IMG/VR virus record: IMGVR_UViG_3300004777_000001
Span: 1-52,736 of that record
Length of the DNA: 52,736 nt
DNA from: a virus
Taxonomy: Duplodnaviria; Caudoviricetes
Direction: 5' to 3' (one strand)
This document shows positions 37,175-47,382 of this stretch, in pieces (within the stretch, counting starts at the first letter, position 1; every line of letters starts with the position of its first letter). The translations under genes and the position numbers were made by a program. The notes beneath the pieces are model-generated. The model was not told the origin of the DNA. It was given only the letters and a program-made list of their open reading frames with translations, and made no database searches.

Positions 37175-38137
37175 TTATTGATTGGCGTATTGTCCCCAGC
37201 CGTATTGCTGTTGGACAGATTGCGGGGCAGAAGAAAGAGGAACCATAGACCCAGAATATTGAGCGGCAGGAATCTGTGATGATGGAGAAGCAAGAGAGTT
37301 AAGATAATTCCCTTTATTTAATGCAGAATAGCTTTCCAAGCCAAGTTGACCAAGGCCCATACCAAGTTGAGCTTGCTGTTGATTAGCCAACTGCTGTGCT
37401 TGATACTGGTTGAATCCAGCTTGATACTGACTCTCCGCAAGCTGATTTCCCAATCCAGCCGCTTGAGCGGCAAGACTTGCTCCCTGACCGCTTGCTTGCA
37501 ATCCAGCTTCAAGTCCAACAGCAGGAGATACCACCATTGTATTAGCAAGTTGTTGCCAAGTAGGAGCGGCACTCAATCCGTATTGGGAAAGACCAACGCT
37601 AGTCTGTCCAATGTTCCTAGCAAAGTTCTGTGGAGCTTGTCCTCCACCAGAGAAAAGGTTGAATCCACCACCAAGATTCTGTGCAACCTGACGATTAATC
37701 TGTTGCTGGACATCAAGTGGGATCTGTCCTTGGATGTAGGAATTAAGTTGCTGAAGAGCAAGTTCTCTTTGCTGTGATGAACCCGGCGTTACTTTGTTTT
37801 GTTCAGCAATATTCTGTTGCGTTCCAGCTTTAGCAAATCCAAGACCCTGTGATTCAGCTTGATTAAATGCATTCTGACCATAACCCAATGCCTGTGGGTA
37901 CATCTGGTTATATTCTTGTTGCTGAAATGCAAGATCCTGTTGTGGGCTAAATGAAGGAAGTCCTTTAGCTGTTGAGCTTCCACCTGAAAGCGCACCAGAT
38001 CCAGCAAGACCTCCTAAAAGACCACCCCCAATTGCACCAATAGCAGTCCCAATACCGGGGACAATTGATCCAAGTTGCGCTCCAGCCGCCGCACCGCCAA
38101 GTGCGCCTCCTGCTGTTCCCATTGTAGAAAATGCCAT
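37175..38137 (-). CDS. DNA ejection/pilot protein
   Basis: N-terminal glycine zipper GAAAGAQLGSIVPGIGTAIGAIGGGLLG; Q/A-rich. Confidence 0.7.
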   Translation of the reverse strand: MAFSTMGTAGGALGGAAAGAQLGSIVPGIGTAIGAIGGGLLGGLAGSGALSGGSSTAKGLPSFSPQQDLAFQQQEYNQMYPQALGYGQNAFNQAESQGLGFAKAGTQQNIAEQNKVTPGSSQQRELALQQLNSYIQGQIPLDVQQQINRQVAQNLGGGFNLFSGGGQAPQNFARNIGQTSVGLSQYGLSAAPTWQQLANTMVVSPAVGLEAGLQASGQGASLAAQAAGLGNQLAESQYQAGFNQYQAQQLANQQQAQLGMGLGQLGLESYSALNKGNYLNSLASPSSQIPAAQYSGSMVPLSSAPQSVQQQYGWGQYANQ

Positions 38138-38169
38138 AAAATCTGTTATATTATATTTTGTTTATTTTA

Positions 38170-39177
38170 TCAATAGGGCCATGTAGCTCCATCATCCCAA
38201 GCATATGTTGGAATCAAAGCATTCAACATCATATTGTTTGGGAATTGCCTAATCGTACTACCAGTAGGCTCTTCCCTATCAGCAGTCTCTCTATTGACTT
38301 CAAAGATGGCATTCTGAAGTGACGTAGCATAAAGCTGATCACTTCCTTTATTCTCACGATAGACAACTGCCATCACAGCAGAAATCATCGCTTCAGGCGT
38401 GAACTCAACCTGATCGGTTAGTTCATACAAATCCTGATAGTTCTTCTTGCAGTAAAGGATAACAGAATCCCTCACCCTTCCCTGAACTGCATATCTACGG
38501 AAGCTAGGATTGATGTCGTAGGGTTGGTATATCGACAAAAGCATCTGTGCTTGATTGTCGGGATCATAAGAATACAACCTGACCCTACCCTTTGTTTGCG
38601 TCTTCGTGCATTGGAAGACATCCTTAAAGTAATTTACGGAATAGGAATATGCAGGAGCAAGACCAAGAGTAATCGTCTCGCTGATCCTAGTACCATAAGC
38701 ATTCTCTCCAAACAGCGTAATCTGCTGTCCAGCATCCAGCGGTGACTCTGCTTCTAAACAAAGCAGATATGGAGCGGCATGATAATTCTGATAGGTAACG
38801 TGCTTGCCACCAATCTCAATGAATTTCTTATTGCCACCATTCCATCCATACGCTTGACCCCATCCATTGCCATACCCGCCATTTGAGGCATCACCCCAAG
38901 TATCTTGAGGAATGGATTGATACCATTCGTTTCCAAGAGAAACAGGCTGACCATCAATCCAAGCCAATCGAACCTGTTTGTAGATGCTAGGCAGAGTAAG
39001 AATCCCATTAACACAAGCGATACATACATATTCACAAGTAGCATCTGTATCCGTTTTGTTCCAGAGCAAGCGACGAGCCTTGTTCATGTAATCAAGCTGA
39101 ACCTTTTGATTACAAGTTCCGCTATTTCCCGCATATGGGCGAATAGCATCTAGAATGTATTGGACATCGTACAGCAT
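38170..39177 (-). CDS. putative tail tubular protein A / head-tail adaptor
   Basis: 335 aa, YMNKARRLL..ILTLP; position. Confidence 0.55.
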   Translation of the reverse strand: MLYDVQYILDAIRPYAGNSGTCNQKVQLDYMNKARRLLWNKTDTDATCEYVCIACVNGILTLPSIYKQVRLAWIDGQPVSLGNEWYQSIPQDTWGDASNGGYGNGWGQAYGWNGGNKKFIEIGGKHVTYQNYHAAPYLLCLEAESPLDAGQQITLFGENAYGTRISETITLGLAPAYSYSVNYFKDVFQCTKTQTKGRVRLYSYDPDNQAQMLLSIYQPYDINPSFRRYAVQGRVRDSVILYCKKNYQDLYELTDQVEFTPEAMISAVMAVVYRENKGSDQLYATSLQNAIFEVNRETADREEPTGSTIRQFPNNMMLNALIPTYAWDDGATWPY

Positions 39178-39181
39178 CGCT

Positions 39182-39349
39182 TTAGATCATTTCTCCGCGA
39201 GTAATCGGGCCGCCCACAAGATTGCGGGTAGCCTTCAGATTCGGGCCTGTTGTGCTTTTAAGATTCCCAAGTTTGATGCTTGGGGCAGACTTGACGGAAA
39301 GCATACGGCTCCTCATCGACCCACCTTTAGGGATCTTTGGAGAAGCCAT
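39182..39349 (-). CDS. small basic virion-module protein (55 aa)
   Basis: MASPKIPKGGSMRSRML...; fills the gap with 3-4 nt spacing; not in the ORF track. Confidence 0.55.
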   Translation of the reverse strand: MASPKIPKGGSMRSRMLSVKSAPSIKLGNLKSTTGPNLKATRNLVGGPITRGEMI

Positions 39350-39352
39350 ATA

Positions 39353-39604
39353 TCAAATCCAATCTGCGTGAAACGGATTAGCGTTCGCTCCCATTCCGCT
39401 CTCGTTAGCAGAACCAACGGAAACAGCCTTTTGATTGGCTTCTCCGATAGCTTTGATACGAGCGGTACGGGCATCCTTGTACGCACGGATAGTAGGGATG
39501 TCGCCCTTGATCTGCACCCTCTGCATAGGCTGGGGCATTGCATGATCAAAGACAATACCACGCTCGGTATTATCCCTTGTGTATTGTACGCCGTGAGAGG
39601 CCAT
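39353..39604 (-). CDS. small hypothetical protein
   Basis: MASHGVQYTRDNTERG... Confidence 0.6.
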   Translation of the reverse strand: MASHGVQYTRDNTERGIVFDHAMPQPMQRVQIKGDIPTIRAYKDARTARIKAIGEANQKAVSVGSANESGMGANANPFHADWI

Positions 39605-39605
39605 A

Positions 39606-39788
39606 TTATTTCTTGGAGGAACCGCGACCCGGGGAGGTGGGTTCAGGTTGGAGCTTGCCAGCATAGAAAATGCCGCTGAACTCCGTTCCCTTGGGATGAT
39701 TGCTCATTCCCTCCTTGATGTCTCCACGGGTGGAGAATCCCTCGTTTTGCAGTTTAGGCTGGGTAGCCCTGTTGATGTCCTTTGCCAT
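39606..39788 (-). CDS. small hypothetical protein
   Basis: 60 aa; A/C-rich leader. Confidence 0.6.
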   Translation of the reverse strand: MAKDINRATQPKLQNEGFSTRGDIKEGMSNHPKGTEFSGIFYAGKLQPEPTSPGRGSSKK

Positions 39789-39813
39789 GATATGATTTGG
39801 TTAGGGGTTAGTG

Positions 39814-40296
39814 TTATGATGAAGCGATAGATTGAACTGTCCAGTTAAATCCTGTAATAGAACCACTTGTTTGATTGTTAAACAAGATAGACATACCATT
39901 TGTTGCTTTAGATCCCGTAACAACAGCCCAAGACCAGTTGTTTGTAGGGGTAGATCCACTAGCAGAAATCGGCTCAATGATAATCTGATAGGAGGCATTA
40001 GGCATTGCTGAAGAAAAAGAGATAGGATAAATAACAGAAGCACCAGTAAGATTAACTGTTCCAGTACGAACATTAACAGCCAGAGCATTATATTCGTTCT
40101 GGAGGTTCTGGATGTTCTGGTTGATCGTAGCAATCTGCTGTGGAGTTACTTGACCAAGGCCGGGGATATTGATTGTAGAATTATTAAGATAAAGCTGAAC
40201 AAATGAATTAAATATGTCTGACCAACTTCCTTCTGGACACCAGTTGTTGGGAATTACTGGTGCAAGAATTTGAACTGGAGAACTCTGATTCTGCAT
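39814..40296 (-). CDS. tail fibre-associated protein (H-type lectin/gp53-like C-terminus)
   Basis: Coiled coil followed by ISFSSAMPNASY..FNWTV. Confidence 0.55.
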   Translation of the reverse strand: MQNQSSPVQILAPVIPNNWCPEGSWSDIFNSFVQLYLNNSTINIPGLGQVTPQQIATINQNIQNLQNEYNALAVNVRTGTVNLTGASVIYPISFSSAMPNASYQIIIEPISASGSTPTNNWSWAVVTGSKATNGMSILFNNQTSGSITGFNWTVQSIASS

Positions 40297-40338
40297 ATTG
40301 TTATTTTGTAAACCTTTTTGTAAGCATTAGCAATACTT

Positions 40339-42537
40339 TTAACCATTTACTGAAGAGATATAATCTGGCAAAGGTACAATCCTGTAGTAATCCAAATCTG
40401 CCTGACAAGCACATTGAACTGGCTCTGGATCGTTATAGAAAGTATCGGCACAATCTCCAGCAGGGAGATCCAATGAGTCATTGAAGATTCCAGAAAGCCT
40501 AACTCTATCCACGATGCACGATCCTGAAATGTCGATCTTGAATTGAAACTCTGCACCTTCCTGCGGAGAAATCTGACCAAATGTTTCGCAATCGTTAATA
40601 TCAGGAGAAGGAAACTTCAACTGCTGATAACGAGGTTGAGAAACAGCAGGAACACATCCATTGGATATTGGAGTGCATTCGTCCTGACCAATTGTAATCG
40701 GGTTAGAAAGAGTAAAGTAACAAGGATATGAATCGGGTCGGTATTCACAGGAGATTGTTACGGCCTCTTTTAGGTTTGAGATCCAGACTTCTCCACCAGC
40801 AAGTTGCTTCCTAACAAACTTACTAGCACCGGGATTTGGAACAAAATCATATCTCTTTGTGATGAAATAAGATTTGATAGGTACGCTTCCATACTGAACG
40901 GAATAGTCATCCACGCCAGTAAGCAATGAGCTACTGCTCTGAAGCTCGTAAAGACGATTCACATTGTCAGCATCAAACGAGAAAGCAAATCCACGCTGGA
41001 CTCCATTGATTTGAGCTGTGGCAAGCTGTGTAGGTTGCGGCCCTTCCCAAAGCCCATTCCACCTACTAGGAAGAGATGCACTAGGGTTGTTCCTGCTTTC
41101 TTGCTCAACATCAAGAACGATCATAGCCCTGCTTGGACGATGCAATCCATAGTTGGCAGATGTAGAAACAGTAAATGGAGAAACAGTAGCAATGATTCGG
41201 TTGTCAAAGAACATTGCCGATTCAAACTGCCTCAACCAAGGAGTGTCATAGTTTACCCAAGGCTGGACTTCCCTGCTGATCTTTCGGAAGGACAAAGCAG
41301 AGTAGAAGTCTACTTGAGCATTATTGTAGAAAGCCCATCCATCATCACATCTAAAATAGACATCATTGTTGACTCCCGTGATGCTCCAAGGAGAACGGCA
41401 TCCACGACCAATCAGCGATACTTTTTGGATATTGGATGCTTGCCATGTCGTTCTATCTTGAGACAAATCCAGAGTGAAAGATCCATTCTCACAGAATACA
41501 ACAAGCTCACCCTGACCACGAACATTGATATTCAGGGATGGCATGATCCTCATGCCTGTAATCAATCCAAGGTTTGCAGGAGGGGTAAATGATCCACCTT
41601 CAGCCCAATAGGTTTGCTCTGTAAAGTTTTGAGTGTTTGCCGTATTTGTAAATCCGTTTCCGTAGATGATGTCGGAAACATAGATGTTGTTATTGGCATC
41701 GCTTACTGCAACTCGACCATAGGCATATGCCATGATCGTTCCAATCGGCATCTGTTGCTTGACAGGATTTAGCCTAAAGATCGTATTTGGCTGTGCCGCT
41801 GTTATTGTAGTCGTTGCGGATGTAGTAGTCGCAATGTTCGACCAAGGTGTAGATGAGCCATCAGGGAATACGCTACGAACTTGAAATGCGTATGATGTAG
41901 AAGATGATTGAGCGGTGAAAGAATAAGAAGTTTGAGAATATGGAACCAAAGCAATTGTTCCAAAGATGCCCTGATTGTATTGAACTTGGATCTCATTCTG
42001 AACTGCACCAGCGGCATTGTCTGTCCAAGTCAATTTTATTGTAGAAGATCCATCTCCCTTTGCTTGGAGATTGGTAGGAGTTCCAGAGATATCTCCAGAC
42101 CAAGCAATCGGATCTTGGTATCCATTTTGGATGTAAACCCAATCTTCAGCTTGAACAAACCATGTGTGCATCATGGATGGATCATTCCCATCAATGAGTT
42201 TGTAGAGTGTTCCAATGTTGTTTACTACCGAAATAAAGTAAATAACTCCTGCAACTGATACAACAAATCCATCAGCAGATCCCGTTTTAATGGATCTATA
42301 TGCAAGCGCACCCTGAAAATTTCCCGTCTGGAAATCAGTCAATATAGATGGATCTTGTCCAAATGCTGGCGTGATGGGAATCTCTGTAAAAGGAGGACGA
42401 GTTCCATTGATTCCCTGCCTGAATGATCGGTTTACACAGGAAGAAACAAACTCTGGCGGTAGGATTGAAGGATGCGTTTCGGCATCCATTCCAATCGTTA
42501 CCGCTGTTCCATCGTAAACTCTCCCATCTTGGGCCAT
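40339..42537 (-). CDS. tail tubular protein B / nozzle with inserted fibronectin type III domain
   Basis: 732 aa, beta-rich; FN3 segment PTNLQA..IKLTWTDN..YAFQVRS..WSN. Confidence 0.65.
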   Translation of the reverse strand: MAQDGRVYDGTAVTIGMDAETHPSILPPEFVSSCVNRSFRQGINGTRPPFTEIPITPAFGQDPSILTDFQTGNFQGALAYRSIKTGSADGFVVSVAGVIYFISVVNNIGTLYKLIDGNDPSMMHTWFVQAEDWVYIQNGYQDPIAWSGDISGTPTNLQAKGDGSSTIKLTWTDNAAGAVQNEIQVQYNQGIFGTIALVPYSQTSYSFTAQSSSTSYAFQVRSVFPDGSSTPWSNIATTTSATTTITAAQPNTIFRLNPVKQQMPIGTIMAYAYGRVAVSDANNNIYVSDIIYGNGFTNTANTQNFTEQTYWAEGGSFTPPANLGLITGMRIMPSLNINVRGQGELVVFCENGSFTLDLSQDRTTWQASNIQKVSLIGRGCRSPWSITGVNNDVYFRCDDGWAFYNNAQVDFYSALSFRKISREVQPWVNYDTPWLRQFESAMFFDNRIIATVSPFTVSTSANYGLHRPSRAMIVLDVEQESRNNPSASLPSRWNGLWEGPQPTQLATAQINGVQRGFAFSFDADNVNRLYELQSSSSLLTGVDDYSVQYGSVPIKSYFITKRYDFVPNPGASKFVRKQLAGGEVWISNLKEAVTISCEYRPDSYPCYFTLSNPITIGQDECTPISNGCVPAVSQPRYQQLKFPSPDINDCETFGQISPQEGAEFQFKIDISGSCIVDRVRLSGIFNDSLDLPAGDCADTFYNDPEPVQCACQADLDYYRIVPLPDYISSVNG

Positions 42538-42538
42538 A

Positions 42539-43924
42539 TTACAGGAAGCTCAACTCGTAACCAGAGATTTGAAGGGCAAAAGAATCTCCAGTTCCAAGAA
42601 TAGCAGTAGTGTAAATATTGAAGTAGCTGGTAGAGTTATTTGGAACAACACAAGTGGTAGATCCATATACGGAATTTGTACTAGTTCCATATGCTGGCGC
42701 AACGATGAACGCTCCGTAAATTTCGTTAGTTGTTGCCAATGCTGGTTGAGTTCCTCCAGTTGAACCAGCGGCAACATTTGAAATGATTACGTTTGCAGTC
42801 TGGCTTGTGGATGTTCCGACAAGACTAAATCTAAAGAAAGCCTTATCAACATACTGGTAAGGAGCATATGAAATAGATCCAGACCAATACTTATTTGTAG
42901 CTTGAGTAGATTGGCTGGATACAACCACGTTTGCAGTCTGTCCAAGATTTACTGCTCTTCCATTTTGGTTGTATAGAGCATCAACCTGCGAAGAATTATT
43001 AGTCCTGAATAGACCAATCAACCTGAAATAGCTATATCCAGTAGGAAGAGTGGGTGCTGTAGGGCTTAAAGATGCAAGCGTTGCCAAGGTTGATGTCGTA
43101 GAATTATAAATGGCAAACACATAATAATATGCGTTGTTTGTAAGCGATCCAGTATCAAGAGTGTTTGCCAAACCATAATTAGAAAGATTAAGAGTGTAAG
43201 TAGAAGAATTACTTACTGCAATCTGATTCGTTCCATTGCTTAAAACAAGTTGACTAAAAGTAACATTCAATGATGTCACGCTTGCATAGGAAATGTTTAC
43301 AGATCGTGCATCAATAAAGGCATTTGTCGGAGGAGTCTGAAAAACAGGAACACCACCTGACATTGTGAGAACCTGACCAGTAGATCCAAGAGATGCTTCT
43401 GCAACCGTTCCGCTAGACCTATAAACAACACCATCATTTGGGATAATGTTGTCAATGGTTCCCCAAGTAGTCGTGCTTCCACTTGGAGCGACAACAGGGA
43501 ATTGGGCTTTAGATAAAAGGCTTGATGCGGGAGTAAGTTCCACCAATTGCCCGGTTGCCGTTGTCGCTTGCAAACTAACTCCTGTAGTTCCATACACAGG
43601 AGATTGATATGCTTGACCCGTTGCCGTGTTGTCTGGAGGAGCAATATAAATTGGATTGCTTGAAGAACCATCCCCCCAAGAAACATTTCCAACATTATTG
43701 TATGTCAGAATGCTTTGCGCTTTAGTGTTTGTAGCAGTTGCAACAAAAGTAGGAACTGTATACTTGCAAAAAGCGGAATCCTCACCAACAAGACGAACAA
43801 TATTACCCTGTCCTAATGAGGTGCAATAAGTTGGGAAGTTGGGATTGCAAGCCGGGGGAGCATACTGAACAGTATTGCCGCATCCACATCCACCGCCCCA
43901 TCCGTTGTTGTATCCGTAAGACAT
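42539..43924 (-). CDS. tail fibre/spike protein
   Basis: S/T-rich; GSTGQVLTMSGGVP; LDTGSL..YYYVFAI..PTLPTGY..RLIG. Confidence 0.75.
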   Translation of the reverse strand: MSYGYNNGWGGGCGCGNTVQYAPPACNPNFPTYCTSLGQGNIVRLVGEDSAFCKYTVPTFVATATNTKAQSILTYNNVGNVSWGDGSSSNPIYIAPPDNTATGQAYQSPVYGTTGVSLQATTATGQLVELTPASSLLSKAQFPVVAPSGSTTTWGTIDNIIPNDGVVYRSSGTVAEASLGSTGQVLTMSGGVPVFQTPPTNAFIDARSVNISYASVTSLNVTFSQLVLSNGTNQIAVSNSSTYTLNLSNYGLANTLDTGSLTNNAYYYVFAIYNSTTSTLATLASLSPTAPTLPTGYSYFRLIGLFRTNNSSQVDALYNQNGRAVNLGQTANVVVSSQSTQATNKYWSGSISYAPYQYVDKAFFRFSLVGTSTSQTANVIISNVAAGSTGGTQPALATTNEIYGAFIVAPAYGTSTNSVYGSTTCVVPNNSTSYFNIYTTAILGTGDSFALQISGYELSFL

Positions 43925-43935
43925 AGTTTTGTTTG

Positions 43936-45033
43936 TTAAGATATAAAAGTACCAGAAGTTGTAAAAGTATGCACCCAAAAAGTTGAGCCACCAGAAGTAT
44001 AAGAAGTTACAACGCCACCATTTGCAAGTTGTTTTGTGGAATTATAGGAAACAATAACGATTCCACTACCACCATTTCCCGCTACTAATGATGAAGAGTT
44101 ATTATCAGTTCCGCCTCCTCCTCCACCAGTATTAGCAGTACCAGAAGTAGCCAGAGTAGTTGCATTTGCAAATCCATTTCCTCCACCACCCTGACCGCCA
44201 AGAGGAATATTGGTAGGAGATCCAATATAGCGATTAGATCCACCACCACCGCCTCCGTAGTATCTTGTGGTTCCATCATAAATTGAACTTGCAATACCAG
44301 AGCCTCCCGCACCACCTCCTCCAGCAATTAAATTTATTCCTGAAGTTCCAGAAGAGCCAGCACCACCACCTCCTCCTGCTCCAGAATTTGCACCAACAGA
44401 TCCAGATCCTCCATTATTTCCTTGGTTTGAAGTTCCCTGTCCCCCAGACCCAGCAGTTCCAGACTGAACAGATGCACCACCTCCTCCAGATCCACCATTT
44501 GATCCATTGACAGCCGAAGAGGGCGTATATCCACCTCCACCTCCACCTATGGCATTTAATGTTCCAAAGCTAGAATTTCCTCCATTTGAACCAAGCCCAG
44601 TAGTTGCCACTCCTCCAGCACCCACAATAACACTATATGTATAGCCGGGAATTAAAGGCGTTGTGGCTTGCAAAACACCACCACCACCACCTCCTCCTCC
44701 TCTAAATGAGGTTGTTCCACCTCCAGATCCACCACCAGCAACTATAAGTATATTTGCAGAATATGATATTACTGGAGTTTTGAATATAGTTCCATTACCA
44801 TCTACAGCAAGATAGTATGCGGCTTGAGATGACTGCTGGATATTGGGAAGAGTAATTGGTGCTTGTGCAGACCCATCTCCATAACGAACAACACTTCCAT
44901 CATAAATAACCAGCGAGGGATTAAGCGGAGAATTTAGTCTAGCAATCTGGCTTCCATTCTGCCACACAAGCGGCCCTTGTCCTTGGCTTACAGGAGGAAG
45001 AATGCTAATAGGAACTTGTGGAGGACAGGGCAT
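43936..45033 (-). CDS. glycine-rich tail fibre protein
   Basis: LIVAGGGSGG..GTANTGGGGGG..GGSGIVIV..HTFTTSGTF. Confidence 0.8.
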   Translation of the reverse strand: MPCPPQVPISILPPVSQGQGPLVWQNGSQIARLNSPLNPSLVIYDGSVVRYGDGSAQAPITLPNIQQSSQAAYYLAVDGNGTIFKTPVISYSANILIVAGGGSGGGTTSFRGGGGGGGGVLQATTPLIPGYTYSVIVGAGGVATTGLGSNGGNSSFGTLNAIGGGGGGYTPSSAVNGSNGGSGGGGASVQSGTAGSGGQGTSNQGNNGGSGSVGANSGAGGGGGAGSSGTSGINLIAGGGGAGGSGIASSIYDGTTRYYGGGGGGSNRYIGSPTNIPLGGQGGGGNGFANATTLATSGTANTGGGGGGTDNNSSSLVAGNGGSGIVIVSYNSTKQLANGGVVTSYTSGGSTFWVHTFTTSGTFIS

Positions 45034-45038
45034 AAAGA

Positions 45039-45764
45039 TTACTTAATTTGGATTATATTAACGTTTACGCTAGGAGATAAAGGACGAGTTGGATTAGTTC
45101 CAGCGGCGGTTGGTGCAAGCGTTATGGAAGATTGCGTAATATCTGACCACCAATAAAATTGAATATAATCTCCTTTATTTAGGTAACTAATATTTTCAAC
45201 ATTTGCCAAAACCTGCGACTTTTGAGAACTTCCTATGGTATAAGTATAAGATGATGCAGTAGCAGAAACTCCATTAACGGCATACCAAATAGTTATATCG
45301 TAATTAGAAGAGCCTCCAGTAAATAGAAATTGCCCAAGTAAGTTAATAAGATAGTAACCTGAAGTTGAAAATGTAATCTGGCTTCCGTTTACTAACGATA
45401 TTCCATTAGTAACATTTGTAGTATTAAATGTTACAAGATTTGAAGCAGTAGTTCCTCCACTTGTTTGAGTGGTAGTATCGTAAAATGCACAGAAGTTATT
45501 GTTTTGTGCAAACAATGAAGGAGAATAATATGACAACTTTCCAGTAGGATCTCCTCCAATTAAATAAGATGCCGTAGAAGAACTCTGCTGAAGATTTGGA
45601 AGAAAAATTGGATTCTGTACAGATCCATCAGCAACAACAAAATTCTGACCATTCCAAGTCTGCAAAGAAGGATTAGTCCCCGGCACAATGGGCATAGTCT
45701 GACCACAACCAGTAAAGCAGTTTGGTTCAGCGTTGTAGCAACATTGGCTATTTTGATATTGCAT
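45039..45764 (-). CDS. tail fibre/receptor-binding protein (C1q/BclA-like head)
   Basis: FYDTTTQ..VTFNTT..ITFSTSGYY..YLNKGDYIQ. Confidence 0.7.
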   Translation of the reverse strand: MQYQNSQCCYNAEPNCFTGCGQTMPIVPGTNPSLQTWNGQNFVVADGSVQNPIFLPNLQQSSSTASYLIGGDPTGKLSYYSPSLFAQNNNFCAFYDTTTQTSGGTTASNLVTFNTTNVTNGISLVNGSQITFSTSGYYLINLLGQFLFTGGSSNYDITIWYAVNGVSATASSYTYTIGSSQKSQVLANVENISYLNKGDYIQFYWWSDITQSSITLAPTAAGTNPTRPLSPSVNVNIIQIK

Positions 45765-45773
45765 CGCCTTACT

Positions 45774-46208
45774 TTAAGCCAATCCGCAAGCCCTTGACAA
45801 GTCATTTACTCTCGCAATCCAACCTTTGCGAAACTTGCTCAATCTTGGATTTTGATCCGCAAGTCTATTATAGAAATCTATCCTTTCTTCCTGAAACTTC
45901 TTTGCATCTCTAGCTGATGCTTTAAGGAATTTCATAGCCCTGCTAGTTCCGCAATTCACACAAGCATCAAAGTAAATCCAATCAAGCGGAGTAGGAAGAT
46001 GTTCGCAACCATCTTTCTGCCATTCTAGCCAATAGATTTGAGTTGCCTCTTCATCCGTTAGATTCTTGATGTCCACATTGGGATGAGATCGTTGATCTAT
46101 TCCAAATTTTGTGCGACCACCGGGATCGTCTTTGTCATCTTCTAACTCACGGCCCTCATGGTCAAACAACCAAGGGATAATGACATTCTTAAATCGTGTG
46201 GTCATCAT
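45774..46208 (-). CDS. endolysin, glycosyl hydrolase family 108
   Basis: HEG...DDKDDPGGRTKFGI...FDACVNCG...KFRKGWIARV. Confidence 0.9.
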   Translation of the reverse strand: MMTTRFKNVIIPWLFDHEGRELEDDKDDPGGRTKFGIDQRSHPNVDIKNLTDEEATQIYWLEWQKDGCEHLPTPLDWIYFDACVNCGTSRAMKFLKASARDAKKFQEERIDFYNRLADQNPRLSKFRKGWIARVNDLSRACGLA

Positions 46209-46551
46209 AGTAACGAGGCTTATACACTCGCTGGTTTACTTCCACATCTGGTGCTTCAGCGTTTGAATCAACCTTCTCATCCTCTGATATATTTTGAAGA
46301 GCAGATACGGCTTTCCAGTCAAACGCGCTTTGCCCTGTTATCAGCGTAACCGATAATGCCATAAAAGCCATGATTGAAGTCGTAGCCAATTCAACGATCT
46401 CTTTAGCAACTTCTGAATGTTTGAGGATGAGGGCTGAAGAAAGCAGGAAAACAATAACAACGCCCAAGCCAGCCAATCCCGCATAAAGAGCTTTCTTGCT
46501 CCTTGATGCTGGTTGATCAAGTTTCTTTTCAATTAAAGAGCGAATCGCCAT
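46189..46551 (-). CDS. putative holin (2 transmembrane segments)
   Basis: Two hydrophobic segments; adjacent to endolysin. Confidence 0.55.
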   Translation of the reverse strand: MAIRSLIEKKLDQPASRSKKALYAGLAGLGVVIVFLLSSALILKHSEVAKEIVELATTSIMAFMALSVTLITGQSAFDWKAVSALQNISEDEKVDSNAEAPDVEVNQRVYKPRYYDDHTI

Positions 46552-46901
46552 GCTGTTTTGATTCCGATATATCCCACTACTGCAAGTACCGAAGCAATAG
46601 CAATGCTTCTCCAAATCCAAAGTTCCTCTAGTGCTTTCTCCTGCTTTTCGTGCCAGTAGATTGCATCCTGCTCTGCTTTAGCGAGTAATTCCGTTTGCTT
46701 TTCGACCCTTGCTTGGTAATCCGCGATTGATTTCTCAAGGTCGATGTATGCCGTTTTTCCTTCTGGTTTAACGAAAGGAGCGACCCTAGCAACATTGCGT
46801 TGAACTTCAACAAGGCTAGGAGGCGTGAAATGATCTTCATGGTGAGCGCAACCTGCCAGACAGATCATTGCACTAACCGCAATGATTTGCAGAGCCTTCA
46901 T
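46533..46901 (-). CDS. putative unimolecular spanin
   Basis: Lipobox LAGC at residue 18, coiled coil, C-terminal transmembrane segment. Confidence 0.6.
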   Translation of the reverse strand: MKALQIIAVSAMICLAGCAHHEDHFTPPSLVEVQRNVARVAPFVKPEGKTAYIDLEKSIADYQARVEKQTELLAKAEQDAIYWHEKQEKALEELWIWRSIAIASVLAVVGYIGIKTAWRFAL

Positions 46902-47098
46902 TTTTCCCTATTCTTGTGGTCAGCCCAGATGTCGTAACAGAGCTTTGCAAAAGAAGCTAGTCCAACCAAGATACCGACAGCCATAGAAGCGATACGCATC
47001 TCAAGATCCAGAGTAGCATCTAGTGACAACGTAGCGGCGGCAATGGGAGCGGCAAACCCAATTGCTCCTGTAGCGGCGGTATCTAGGTGGTGAACCAT
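46898..47098 (-). CDS. putative holin/antiholin
   Basis: 66 aa, two hydrophobic segments, charged C-terminus. Confidence 0.5.
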   Translation of the reverse strand: MVHHLDTAATGAIGFAAPIAAATLSLDATLDLEMRIASMAVGILVGLASFAKLCYDIWADHKNREK

Positions 47099-47105
47099 AA
47101 CTTTA

Positions 47106-47357
47106 TTATGGATGTTTTGGTAGGAGTCCAGTAAGCGTAGCAACTGGATCTGCTCCAAGAAGCTCGGCAATCCGAGCATCTACTTGAGCTTGGGTGTAAT
47201 CACCAGCGGCGGTATACTCATCACCACTCCAAAGCGTGAGTCGGATTTGAGATCCAAAGAATGATACAGATGCAATCTTTCTGGCAGGAATGTCAGAAAT
47301 CACATAAGCAGAAGTATCAACTTCTAGTTTAGTTACTTGTAGTGTGTATTGAGCCAT
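47106..47357 (-). CDS. fibre-associated small protein
   Basis: LTLWSGDEYTAAGDYTQAQVDARI. Confidence 0.65.
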   Translation of the reverse strand: MAQYTLQVTKLEVDTSAYVISDIPARKIASVSFFGSQIRLTLWSGDEYTAAGDYTQAQVDARIAELLGADPVATLTGLLPKHP

Positions 47358-47382
47358 TTTATTTTCAGTTAGTTGTTAGAAA

